Shown here: positions 39,106 through 52,755 of the stretch, piece after piece
Numbering within the stretch: position 1 is the first letter of the stretch
Layout: every line of letters begins with the position of its first letter
Assembly (NCBI RefSeq): GCF_006345805.1
Contig: NC_043006.1
Coordinates: forward strand, 48,670,001 to 48,734,000
Origin: Octopus sinensis
Taxonomy: Eukaryota
Direction: 5' to 3'
Length of the DNA stretch: 64,000 nt
Program-made: the position numbers and the translations under genes
The notes under the pieces: model-generated
What the model saw: only the letters and a program-made list of their open reading frames with translations
Told to the model about the DNA's origin: nothing
Database searches by the model: none

Positions 39106-40422
39106 TACACGCACTTGACACCTAAGCTTGTTTTGCGTGATTTTTTTTTTTTCTTTAAATGATCCTTAGGACACATAAGGCTAGTAAACTCTGTTTCAAT
39201 GGCATATAAGTAACAGAGATCACAATACTGCCCCTGAACGGGCCACTATTCCATTGCAAATTTAACTTCCCAGATATTACGAGGACTCATTAACAGCTGA
39301 GCAGAGTGGAACAACTTGAAAGCAAGTGTCTTCTATCTTAGTCTCAGGCCAACCAATGCCTCATGAGTGAATTTGGTTGACGGAAACTGTGTTGAAGCCC
39401 AACATTATATATATATATATACACACACATATATATATATATACACATATATATATAGATATATGGGAATGTTTGTGTTTTTCTGTCTCTCGCAGCCCCC
39501 CCCCCATCCCCACCCCAACTGCTTGCTGATCAGTGTTGGTTGTTGGTTTGTTTATATCCCTGCAGCTTAGCAGTTTAGTAGTTCGGCAAAACAAACTGGT
39601 AGAATAAGTACCAGAAGCTAAATTCTTCTAGGTGGTGCTCTAGCATGGCCACATCCAATAACTGTAATAAAAAGCAAAACATGTACACACACACACACAC
39701 ACACACACACATGCACACACATACAGAGGTGACTTACTGACATTAAAAGAGAAGTCTAATATAGCAAGACGTTCATGCATTTCATTTATTTCTCTGCGAG
39801 ATTACCATAGATCTTAGGACCCTCATCCCACGCTATCATCTTGATAACTCAGTTTCCCCAACTTTTACTCTAATCACCTTGTAATCCCTGAATTTCACCA
39901 TCAAAGAAGGGCTCTGCATTGAAATATAGAGCCCTTCTTTGATGAAATTCTTTTCTCGTGGCAATCTACATTATCCTATCATATTAATTTTACGTTCAAC
40001 CTTCAATAATCTGAAAGCAGGTATCTCTCCACACACACACACACACTCATACAAACATCCATCTCTGTCCCCTCCCCTTATTAATTTATTTACCTTTTGA
40101 TGTTTTTATCAGTGAAGATACTTCGCCATCATTCACACCTTGAATTTGCTAAGATTAAGACTTCATTTCATAGAGAATTTACAACAATCACAGAATTTTT
40201 CTATCTATAGGAAAGCCCAGGAAGAAAGATCTGAGGAATTCCGACTGCATGAACGAAGAAAAGAGGTGAAAGAGAGAGAGAGGGGGGAGCAGTATATATG
40301 TGTGTGTGTGTGTGTACGTGTGTTTATCTGTATGTATTTGTTTATACATGTATGTGTGAGTAAATGACAAAGAAACTGCAGAAATCATTTCTGAAGTTTG
40401 ATTTTATTTTTTCCATTTGCAG

Positions 40423-40425
40423 GAG
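40423..40425 (+). other. Candidate 3-nt microexon (GAG)
   Basis: tttgattttattttttccatttgcAG|GAG|GTaaac: long U-rich tract, TGCAG acceptor, immediate GT donor; frame-neutral. Confidence 0.35.
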
Positions 40426-40493
40426 GTAAACCTTTCTCTGCTTTAAACAAGCGTTTATACTTTGCAATCACACGCATACACAAGCACACACGT

Positions 40494-40527
<34 letters not shown>

Positions 40528-40714
40528 CTGTACACACAAATTTGTTTCTTTTTTTCGCCCTTTATCTGGATAATTCTTTGTCTCAACCTGAAATTTCAAC
40601 GGCAATTGATGTCTTTTCTGTCTAGTCATCATTCTTTTCCATATTTTCTTTTCTTTAACATAACATTTCCCCCCTTTTAATATGTCTAGCTTCTTCATGT
40701 TTATATCTGCATCT

Positions 40715-40910
40715 AGGTATGTATGTATGCATATGTGTGTATATATGAATATATATATATATATATATATTTATACATTTATATATGTGTCTATATATAG
40801 ATATTCATATATACACACATGTATATTTTCTGTGTGTATTTATATATATATATATGTATATGTATGTATATATATATATATACATATATATACACACACA
40901 CACACACGTA

Positions 40911-40956
<46 letters not shown>

Positions 40957-40982
40957 GTGTTTGTGTGTATATATATATTGTG

Positions 40983-41024
<42 letters not shown>

Positions 41025-41112
41025 TAATTGTGTATGTGTATGTCTGTATATTTATGTGTGTGTATGTGATCTCACTAAATTCTTTCAAATGTTACAATAC
41101 CCCTTTGTTGTT

Positions 41113-41163
<51 letters not shown>

Positions 41164-41616
41164 AGCTATCTTTCTTAGGTCTCTCTTGTGTTTTACACCT
41201 TTCATCTCCCCTCCCCCCCCCTCTCTAACACATAGACACCATCAATTTATTTTTTCCTCCTTTCAGTATTCCCCCCCCACCACCACATACACACACACAC
41301 ACACACACTTCTTTTAGCTCCTTTTTGTTTTACTGTTTTTTCTGATAGTTTTCATCTCTCTCATACTCACCCCTCCTCTCTCTCTCTCTCTCTCCTCTTC
41401 AAGGTATACATGCATAGCCATACATCATGTGCATAAGTAGACATACACTCCCTTTTGCTTATATAAACATGTCCATGTACTTATGTGTACACATATATAC
41501 ATATATTATATAATATAGATAGATAGATAGATAGATAAAGAGATAGATTTATAATAACATATGTAGATATATATATATATATATGTATTTACATGCAGAG
41601 TTTTTTATATACATGT

Positions 41617-41654
<38 letters not shown>

Positions 41655-41709
41655 TGCATTTATATATATATTATATATTATATATATGTGTGTAAATATA
41701 TGAATTTAT

Positions 41710-41782
<73 letters not shown>

Positions 41783-41935
41783 AATATACATATGTATGCG
41801 TACACACATACACTGTGCATTGAGCAGTAAAGTTGTTTGCGATATGTATTATGTATACACGTATATATAGATATTATATAATATTGATAGATAGATAGAT
41901 AGATAGATAGATTTATAATAACATTTGTAGATATA

Positions 41936-41976
<41 letters not shown>

Positions 41977-43235
41977 GCATTTATATATATATTTTATATG
42001 TGTAAATATATGTAATCTATATATATATATATATATAATATATATACACACACACACACACATGTACATACCTACATATGTATACGTATACACATACACT
42101 GCATTGAGCAGTGAAGTTGTTTGTGACATGTATTACATATATTTGTACAAACAGAACACAAAATTCTTGAAACAACAACAATAGCTAAAACACTGCACAC
42201 ACGAGCAATGTGCCACCACCATCACCACCCCCACAACCACCCTTTTAATTTAATCATAAACCCAGCCATATTTGTTTATATTTCTTGAGCCCTAGCCAAT
42301 TTTCTAAGGAAGTGGAGTGGAAGGGGGGGAGGGACTCCCCCACCGTTTTTTTTTTTCTTTACATTTACATAACTTTATTTTTTTTTTTTTTGTTATCGTT
42401 CATTCTTTTATGTATTTTTTTTTTGATATTAATATTGGATTCTCTGGGATCCAGTCTGTCGCATCACCATCATCACCATCAGCATTGTTAATATCCTGAT
42501 CATCTTCATTATCATCATCATCATCATTGCCATCATCATCATTGTCATCATGATAATGATCATCGTTATCATCACCATCATTAGTGCCTGTCCACCCCCA
42601 CCCTTCTCTCTCTCTTTCTCTTTCTCTCTCCTTCTATAACCATTCACACTACACATAGCATTATCTTTCCCTTTTTTTTCTTCATTCTAAAGCAAGCAGA
42701 AGCTGCCTGTTTGTAGCTTTTGGCATAATCACTATGGTTACAACCATTACCTAACCACCACCACCATCACAATCATCATCACTACCACCACATCCCCTCC
42801 CACACACACACACATTGTCAACAACAATCCTATTCCTTCCTCTTACTACACAACAACATCATAACCCGGTCACACCCCCACCAACATCTAGGGGAAGAAC
42901 CACAGCGGTGACATCTTCTGTCGGTGCAGCAGACCTTCAGTTAATTATTACCATTGTCTTCTCTACTGCACTTTTGCTATTAACCCCTTTTCCTTCAGTT
43001 TCTCTCTTCAAAAAAAAAGAAAAGAACAAAACTTCTCTTTGCTTTCTGCCCCACCCACTTACCCCCCACTTTCACTTTCACTCCACTGCAATTCTCACTA
43101 GATTCCTGGTTTCCACAAATACACAAAATAATTCATACATAAACACGCGCACAAATGCCCACATATACATTTATATTTACATATGCGTGTCTTTTTATAT
43201 ATTTATATATGTATACACACATGTATATATATGTT

Positions 43236-43267
<32 letters not shown>

Positions 43268-43456
43268 CACATACACACACACATACATACAAACACATGC
43301 ATATAATTATAAATCTATTTTTATACATATTTATGTGTGTGTGTTTATATATATATATATCTATATATTTATATGTATATATATATATATATATCTATAT
43401 ATTTATATATGTATACACACATGTATATATATGTTTATATATATATATCTATATAT

Positions 43457-43497
<41 letters not shown>

Positions 43498-43708
43498 GTC
43501 TGTGTGTGTGTGTATGTATATATGGGCATACCTGTGAACATATATTTGTACAGTCATCTTTATGTATGCATTTATAAATATCTACACACATTTAAACACA
43601 CATACTCTCTTTCTCTCTCCCTCTCTCACTTCCTTTCTTGCACACACACATACACACACATATCCATTGCTAAGGTAAAACGTAATAGCAGCCACCACTT
43701 TTCTCTGT

Positions 43709-43740
<32 letters not shown>

Positions 43741-43800
43741 CTCTCACATTATTCCCTCCATCTCTCACACACACACACACACCTGACTCTTTTATTTTCT
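40715..43800. repeat. Large compound low-complexity field: (TA)n, (CA)n, (CT)n, (GATA)n and (ATC)n
   Basis: Directly visible; includes local duplications. Confidence 0.9.
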
Positions 43801-44574
43801 CACTGCCGTTTCATTTCCTTTCATTTGATTACCACTGATCTATTCGTCTCCTTCTCAATACCAATGTAATCTTGCATGCCATCACTAATATCAGTTCCTT
43901 GCCATTCTTTCACTGATATCTCTTTATCATCATCATCATCATCATCATCACCATCATCACTCTCACTGTATCACAACATATCATAACTGCTTTTTGTCCC
44001 TACAAAAAGCAGTGCATTAAAAAAAAATTAAATATAAAAAAAATATACCATGATAATCTATGGTATCTGTTTGTCATTATGCCATATTCATCATATCACA
44101 CTACTATGTGTTTTATTTTTTTTGTCATTATCGTCGATATCATTATCATTTTAATACTAATATCAACAATACCCGTGTTGGTCCTAGTATCATCATGAAT
44201 GATATCGTCTACATTGTGATCCTTCTTCATTTAATATCACCCAGTTTATCACATGTGCAATATAACGTTGAAGTTTTTTACAATTCGCTCTCTTTCATTG
44301 CTATTGGTTTTTGTTACTATACAATATACTGTTATTGATAACCAGTTTTATTGTATGGTATACTGTTATTGATGACTGGTTTATCTCAGTATGTTCTTTT
44401 TGATATCACTTGTATTTTGTCACTGTTCATATATCATTTCATTATCGTTAAGTATCCTGCATTGTTTCATTTTTACTATCCAGCTTTTAATCCTCCATTT
44501 CGTTCCCATTCAGTTTTGCTCTTTTTTTTTTTTCATTTTCACCTTTATTCTATTATTTCATATTACATAGCAGC

Positions 44575-44631
<57 letters not shown>

Positions 44632-44644
44632 GTTGTTATTATTA

Positions 44645-44853
44645 AGGTGGCAAGCTGACAGAATTGTTAGCACACCAGGCAAAATGCTTTGCAGCCTTTC
44701 TTCCAGCTGTATATTCTGTGTTCAAATTCCACCAAGGTTGACTTTGCCTTTCTTCCTCCTGAGGTCAATATAATCGACCAGTCCCCTCCCACAAAATTTC
44801 AGGCCTTATGCCTATAAGAGAAATATTACTACTACTACTACTACTACTACTAT
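44645..44853 (+). mobile_element. SINE family B inserted behind a long (TTA)n run
   Basis: aaggtggcaagctgacagaattgttagcac head and aggccttatgcctata tail. Confidence 0.75.
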
Positions 44854-44936
44854 TGAGATTCTATTTCATATCAATTAAATTTCTCTCACTTCTATTGAAG
44901 TTTAATATTATGGCTGCTAAACAATTTATTAGTATT

Positions 44937-44968
<32 letters not shown>

Positions 44969-45392
44969 ACATATCATATTATAGTATCAATTCTAAAATT
45001 TCCTCACCATCACTACCACTGCCATATCATCATTATCATCATCATCATTGTCGTCAACATCAGCATACATCATCATCTATGCCAATTGATATCAAGAAAT
45101 GTGTGGCCATGAAGTCTCTATTATCGTTGTATAGATTTCTCATCTTCGCACATCAGTCACACATCTGCTAATATCATTATGACTGTATGACAGTTACACC
45201 AACTTTATATGTTGCTGGTCATACTTATAGTCTAGCAATAGTACATTCAGTATTATTGGTATTGTACTAGGCATCGTTATTCCACTAAGAATTCATTTAA
45301 ATGTCTTGGAATCTTTTGCTGTAAAACATTAGATTTGTGTGAGTGAAACTTTGTTATTCTTTCAAAGCAAATCTTCAATATTTTACACAACA

Positions 45393-45424
<32 letters not shown>

Positions 45425-46149
45425 CTGTACATACACACACACACATATATATATATAGACTCATGATGGACAAAACTATACATACTCATAAACTGTCACT
45501 TTCATGACTGCTTTCTTTGGGGTGGCATGATAAATTGTCAGTGCTGAATATCCCCTTCCGATCCACCCAGTACTTTAATATATATATATATATATTTATA
45601 TATTAGAGGTTAAAATAACCACCTCTAGGGATAAAAAAATATCCCATGAATTACTGGTTTTGTTACCTATTATTTTGTTGTGAATAGTAATATTCTTGAA
45701 ATAATAGGTTTAAGTATAAATCTTGGATCATAAATATTCAAAGTAAAATCCAGAAAATGGTGAAATAGTGTTCATATGATTTATTAACTGCAAAAATTTC
45801 AACATTTTCACTTACAGCTGTTTCGATTATGCAGTTAATAAATTATATTAATGCTACTTCCCCATTTTCTGGATTTTAATTTATATTTATATACATATAG
45901 TACCTGAGTGGCTGACACTAAAAAAAAAAAAAATGTCAATTTCTAGTCATATCACACAAATTAGTTTCCATTGTGAGGGATATTTTTTCAGTTTACATAT
46001 ATATATATATATATATATATTCACTTACACACACATATACACATGTATATATGCATATATATATATATATATTATATATATATATACATACCTCTATAAA
46101 TATATACATGCATAGAAATATATATATACATATATATATATATACATAC

Positions 46150-46196
<47 letters not shown>

Positions 46197-49016
46197 CATA
46201 CCTCTATAAATATATACATGCATATATACATATATTGCTTTATTAAGTTCTTTGATATTTTTTGTTGCTGCTTTTTATTACAACTTTTTTGCTGTTGACT
46301 TTCTATGATTCCTTCTATTCCTTGATTGAACAGTAAATTGATTGTTTTTCAACAATGATAATATTCTTCTTTGAAAAATAATAATTTTAAAAAAAGAAAT
46401 TCTCATGTAAATTTTCTTTCATGCTCTGCTGCTATAACTATATTTCTGTGACTGTATTTTCAAGATATATTGCTTCTTAACTTTTGAGTTTGTTGGCAGA
46501 CCCTCTCTTTCGTCTGATTGGCACAAGTCTTCATCCAAAATGAAAATGTCGGCATAGAAGGCTTTTACATAAGGCTAGTTTGATGTTTAACTCTTTAGCA
46601 TTCAGATTTCTCTACCAAATATAATCATTATTTATTGACATTGGTTTAAATTTATCCTGCAATGTTTTTGTAGCCTTGAGATTTCGATGATGCCATTGTT
46701 TATTTTTAGAATGGCATCATAGTGTAGATGTGAAATACCAGATCTGGCTGGTTTGAACATAAAACAGGTCGAATATTTGGGCCAGATTTGGCCAGTTTAA
46801 ATGCTAAAGGGTCAAAATCTATTTTCTGTATCAATAAACTAGAATCACATTAGCATGGTAAAAGCAAATAAGTAAAGTTCAACATCAATATTATTATTGT
46901 TGTTGTTACCATCATCTATATACAGCTATATACACCTATAGCTACTACCAATTATTGGAAATAATAATTTACTGTAAAATAGGTTTTGTTTCTTAAAAGA
47001 TTTTCTTAATGGATACCATTGGACAATCAATTTTATGTGAAATCTTTTTGATTATTAAACCTTTTGTTACCATTTTTCTGTTGAAATAAACAGTTTTTGT
47101 TTCAATTAATTTCGAAAATAATAAAGAATTTATTAAAATAACTTACTCATTATTTAGCTGGTGTTTGTAACATAAATCATTACGAAAATTTGATGGAAGA
47201 TCAGATTGTTAGTATATTATACATTCAGATCAGTTTCAGGTGGACTTCTATCAAAAGGGTTTAAGAAATCATCATCATTATAATTATATGGAAGCAAATT
47301 TGCTGAAATGATGAGAGTATTGGAATAAATGGTCTTCTTTATTTAGTGTTATCAGTGTTACTTTTAAGTTCAAACCACGGTCTCAAAGTTGGTTTTTGCT
47401 TTTCAATTCTTTAAGGAATTGACAATCTACCTGTGATATAATCTTGACTCAATGAATTCAACAACAAGACCTCTCTTTACAAAACTGTGATTTTATGTTT
47501 TGAATATATATATATTAGTAGAAATCAGTTTGTAAGAATAACAAGTCTGATCCCAAGAAAATGAAATGAGACAGAATCATAGACTTATTGTTTTTGATGC
47601 AGTCACAAAAAAAAGAAAATCTGGTCTTTCAGATAATTCATTGTCAAATGCTTCATCTCCTAGCATCAAACCAACTCCCTCTCTCTGGTTTCATAGTCTT
47701 ATGAGCTGCATGCCAATCTTGTTGGTGCCAGTAGCATGCAAAAAGCACCCTCTGTTAGGAAGGGTATCCAGCCATAGAAACCATACCAAAGCAGACATTA
47801 GAGCATGATGCAAACCTTGGACCCATAAAATCATGTCAAACCATCCAACCCATGCCTGCTTGGAACATGGATGTTAAATGATGATGGTGATGACTTCAAG
47901 AATAGTAACTATTAGAATATAGGAGCTCAAAGACAAGTGCCAAACTACTGAACACATACTTATGAGTTCAGAACCTTATCATTTCTGCTGTTTAATGCCT
48001 CTTCTCTCATTTTGTCTGACTGAACCAGTGAAATCAGCTGCCTGTAGTCACCAGCGGACATCCTATTTTTATAAATAATTAGGGCAGCCACCCATGCTAT
48101 GAATTCAAAGTGGATGTACTTCAATGAACTTATAATTCCAGTATAATGATCCTCCACACTATTCTATTACCTGGGTCATTTATTTTAAAAAATAAATTCC
48201 CCTTATTTCATAATAAATGAATATTTACCTGTGAGGTAGTATGGTAAGAGAACAAATAAATGCCCCCTACATCTGTTGGGACAGTGGGTGTTTCAGTTGT
48301 TTAATTAAATATCCTACTCATTGTGTTAGTATGTAAGTGTATGTACCCCTTAAAATATTAACCAAGCAGAATCAACATGATATAGTGGGACAAGTCTGGC
48401 CCTTTGAATTAATTATAAATGTAATTTATCTGGCAATTTTTAACACTGTTTCTGTGAACCCAGTTTCATTCATAAAACTTGGGTCAACCTGAAGTTATGT
48501 TAGAAGACACTCACTCAAAACTCTACACTGAGGGACTAAACATAAGGTTTTCGTGAGTGCCAGTTGAACAGCTTAATCTCATACATGGTCAGTTGGTCAA
48601 ACCTTATTACTATAGCCATTTAGCTGAGAGGTTACTGACAAAATAGATTTAAGTTTCTCCATTTAATAACTAAATTGTTTAACATTCAGAAAAAGACCCA
48701 CTGATAGAAAAGAAATAAAATATATATAAAACATTAATTATAGTTTGTGATAACCTAGTAAGATAGATGTAAAACAATTATAGAATTCTTTTTTAATTCA
48801 AATTTACAGCAGAATAAAATAGCATGAAAAGCTCCACTCCAGGTGCATAACAATCTATATTAGATTGAATTGGTATGGATGAGAGAAAGATAACATGCTA
48901 CAGTTAATAAATAACCAATTCTTTGTTTTATCAGTGTAGTAGACATGAATATACATGAATATTGCAACTTTAATAAGCTTTCACTTTGATCATAAAAGTA
49001 CTCAATTTAATAAATA

Positions 49017-49052
<36 letters not shown>

Positions 49053-49234
49053 ATGGAAAGAGTAAGGAAGGGAAATTTTATAAAGCTTGGAAGGAAATAA
49101 GTCATACCAAATCTTAATATTTATTGTTGTGGCAAGTGGTACCCGGATGCTTTCTACTGCTGCCATTTTCATTCTGTGATGAAGATCTTGTCTGCTAGCC
49201 AGTGTCGAAAGGAAAGGAGAGAAAAAAAAATAAT

Positions 49235-49328
49235 ATGTCAACTGAAAATTTGAAATTCTTCTTCATCCAAACTGTATTTCTTGTGTTGTTGACACTTTTG
49301 GGGGAAAGTCTGTTAGTGGGCCACAAAG
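49235..49328 (+). CDS. Candidate internal alternative first coding exon encoding a signal peptide (MSTENLKFFFIQTVFLVLLTLLGESLLVGHK)
   Basis: ATG with A at -3; 31 codons with a charged n-region and hydrophobic h-region; ends at AAAG|GTAATA in phase 1, matching the phase-1 acceptors at 60640/60643/60697. Inference only, no transcript data. Confidence 0.6.
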
Positions 49329-52300
49329 GTAATACATACACTCTTTTCTCTCTGTCTGTCTATCTATCTGTCTGTCCGTGTGTCTGATTGTCTGTCCTGT
49401 CTGGCTCTTCATTCACTGCTCACCACTGCTGCCTCCACTACCTTCACCACTATCCCTGTCTTCTTACTACCACCTTTGCTATGAACACAATTGCCCTGGT
49501 TGTTTGTTGTCTTACCCCTCCCCCCTTTCACCTCTGCCTAAAGTTGTTTTATTATTTTTTTTTTTTGTTTTTCTTTTGTCTTCATTTTTTCACTCTGCTG
49601 CTACTACTGCTGCTGCTGCTGCTTAGGTGTTTTTCTCAGATTTTCAAAAAAAAAAAGAAAGTGCCAAATGTATTGATATTAATAACACTACTGCTTCTTT
49701 CGTTTAATTTGTGTGTGTATGTAAGTGTGCTTGTATTTTTTGTGTATATACCGGTATGTGGGTGTGTGCATGTGCGTGTGTGTTTGTATGTTGCTACCAA
49801 CTTTCACCAGTGGTCCAAGCTGACATGAGCAAACTTCATAATAACTATATGTATACACACACACACAGACATTTCCCTTCACACTATGCAAATACATTAC
49901 ACAAGAGCAAAATTTATCTTTTTATTGTAACACCATAAGTTACATAATCTTTACACCTATTTCACTAGTGAAAACTAGTATGCTATGCAGCAATTGTTAT
50001 GTGGATGATTACATAATCACATTGAAGTACCAGATCTTCAGAAGAAAATAGTAATTTAATCCATTGATATTTATCAACATCAGTTGGTTGACAGCATTAA
50101 GTTAAAACTGTGCATAAACTTGAGAGAACATTCTTTATATAGCAGTGAAGGAAAAGAAAGCTGTTTCTTTTTTTTCTTTTTTTATTTAATCAGTAAAATA
50201 AAGCTGGAAAGAAAGAAGGAAGAGGTATAACTGTTGTCAGGATGTCTAAAGAAAAAAAGGAAGGTCAGCTACCTGAGCTGTCTTTGATCAAAGAATGATA
50301 ACAATGATAAATGGTTTAGAAAGCAATTGTGGTAGCAAGATGGAATAGGTTAGCAAGAAATAGCCATACATACCTGCTAAGTCTACCTAGTCAGTCATAG
50401 ACACAAACACACATATTTCCATATACTGTTAGCAACATAGGACTGTTTATTTACACCTACCCACACCTATGTTAATATATCCATACATTTAAGTATACAT
50501 ATATATGGAAGGTAATGAGGTAGTTTAAGTTCAAATATATGCATATACATTCAGTTCATATCATATGCATCACTTCATACAAGAGAATCACATACACATG
50601 TACCTGGCTTCAGTAAAAACAACAAAAAAAACCCAAAAAATCTGAGACTATGAGATAGTCATTTCAGAATCTCAGAATTTTAAATAAAATTAAAAGAACA
50701 AATAATTTGTGTATTCATGGTCATATATTAGTCTGGTTAAAAAGATAAGTGTGCATGTATATATATATAGAATACTAAAAGAAATTTACAGGTTTATGTA
50801 TTGTTTTATATGAAGTAATTTTACACTGCTATTATTTGAAATGTTTCTATTTCTATATTATATAGTTACTTTGAGTTAACTGATAGTATATGTTCAACTA
50901 TTATTTACTATCTAAACAGTATAGAAAATTGCTTTTATAAAATTTAAATGGCTTTAAAATTTTGTGTTGCAAGAGAAAAAGTAATTTATTGTTAGCTAGT
51001 AAAATAATGCAGTGCTTCTGGAAAGCATAAAGTACATTCTGTCTTGTTTCCAGCATATGTAGGGGCTCTTGTTATAAACTGGAGTACTTCATATTTTGTA
51101 TTTGAAGAATTAAAGTTAAAGATGTAGTTAGCTTGTCAAGTTGAAATACATCGTTTCTCATTCCTGAAGCTGTGTGTATATAAGTTGTAATGCCATTTAA
51201 GATAGATCCTATGTAATGATGGGTATCCTTTGCCATAATGACACTCCCTTTGTTGACTACATTGCATATCAAGGAGTTACCTCTAGGGGACAATTGCAAG
51301 TAATTCTACAGTTACATTTTAAAATATTACCTTATTAAGTTGATTTGCACTCATATAGGTCTGAAGTTTTATTGTTATCTTTTGTTCCTACTCAATTAAG
51401 AATACTATTCCCACTACTTGCGCTATCTTCTTGTTTGGTTCTCATTTCAAATTAATTATTTAACATTTTGTAGTTTCCTGGATTCTGAATTTCTCATTTT
51501 AGGGCTAAGTCTGAGAGTTAATGTTATTTTCTGTGCTACTTTTGTTTTATTTATTCCTTTTATGGGCTTTAGAGTAGTTTATAATATCTATTAATAATAT
51601 GATTATATAAAAAGATGTGGTGTCGTAGAAAATTTTGACACCAAATAATAAATGTTTAAGGGAAGTTAACAAATTTTGTGCATTTTTGAATGGCTTATAC
51701 ATATCTTCCACGCTGTAATTATTTTAGTTATGTATATATATGCCGGTGGCACACAAGAAAACCATTCGCCAGCCTAGTCTGGCACCTGTGTCGGTGGCAC
51801 ATAAAATCACCCACTACACTCTCGGAGTGGTTGGCGTTAGGAAGGGCATCCAGCTGTAGAAACACTGCCAGATCTGACTGGCCTGGTGCAGCCTTCGGGC
51901 TCCCCAGACCCCAGTTGAACCGTCCAACCCATGCTAGCATGGAAAACGGACGCTAAATGAATGATGATATAGGGAGAATTCACGAAAAAACAAAAGACGA
52001 AGACAGGTGGTGTAGCAAACAAACAGATGTATTAGTATAACGCTCAGGAATTGAAAAAGTCTTTAATGTTTCGAGCCTACACTCTTCCACAGAAAGGAAC
52101 ACAGAAGGAAACAAGGAGAGAAAAAAATGTGTGTAGTGGCTATACACACATACATATATATTAATGAGCTTATTGTATATAACACAACTGATCAGGTCAA
52201 GTAAAAAAAAAAGTGGTGGGGGCAGAAAGTAGAAATAACTCAAAGTAAATAAAAACACCTGTGAGAGCAAAAATGCTTCCATAGTACACAAGATAAAACA

Positions 52301-52369
52301 CAAAAGACAAGGGTACATAGGCTTGTTAGTAGTGTTAGCAAATTTCAGGAAGTATGAATTATTGAAGGA

Positions 52370-52755
52370 CTAGCAGTATCGCCCGGCGTTGCTCAGGTTT
52401 GTAAGGGAAATAACTATAAAGCATTTTTAGAGAGTTATAGCCAAAAAATAGCAAAAAAATGGGAAAAAATGATGGTAAATTTTTTTTTGAGATTTAAAAA
52501 AGGTAGAGTTGCGTCCCCTAGACAGTTTGTGGTTCGTATTCCTGATTCTCGACCCCATGTCGAATTTATCGATTTTTTTTCAGAACTGGGGGAACTTTTC
52601 AAAATTTTCGCTGCGTTAGTTTTGAATTATGACATTGGGCTATGTGTGTGTCAAGTTTCATCAGAATCGGTTGAAAGCCGTGGTCAGGGTGAGGGTACAA
52701 GCAAACAGACACACAGAAACACGCACAGACAAACTGCCGTTTATATAGAGAGAGA
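52370..52755 (-). mobile_element. Non-autonomous Helitron-like element
   Basis: On the minus strand it starts TC after an A, ends with a GC-rich subterminal segment then CTAG before a T; no TSD; the empty site reads gaagga|ttcga. Confidence 0.75.

Noticed and set aside
44351-44773. Poly-Leu 'transmembrane' ORFs (also 53632-53838) and poly-Asn ORFs
   Set aside because: They are (TTA)n SINE tails or targets followed by SINE B sequence.
50505-50517. ATG GAA G|GTAATG as another phase-1 first exon
   Set aside because: Good donor, but only two codons, no signal peptide, and it sits in TA-rich sequence; indistinguishable from chance.
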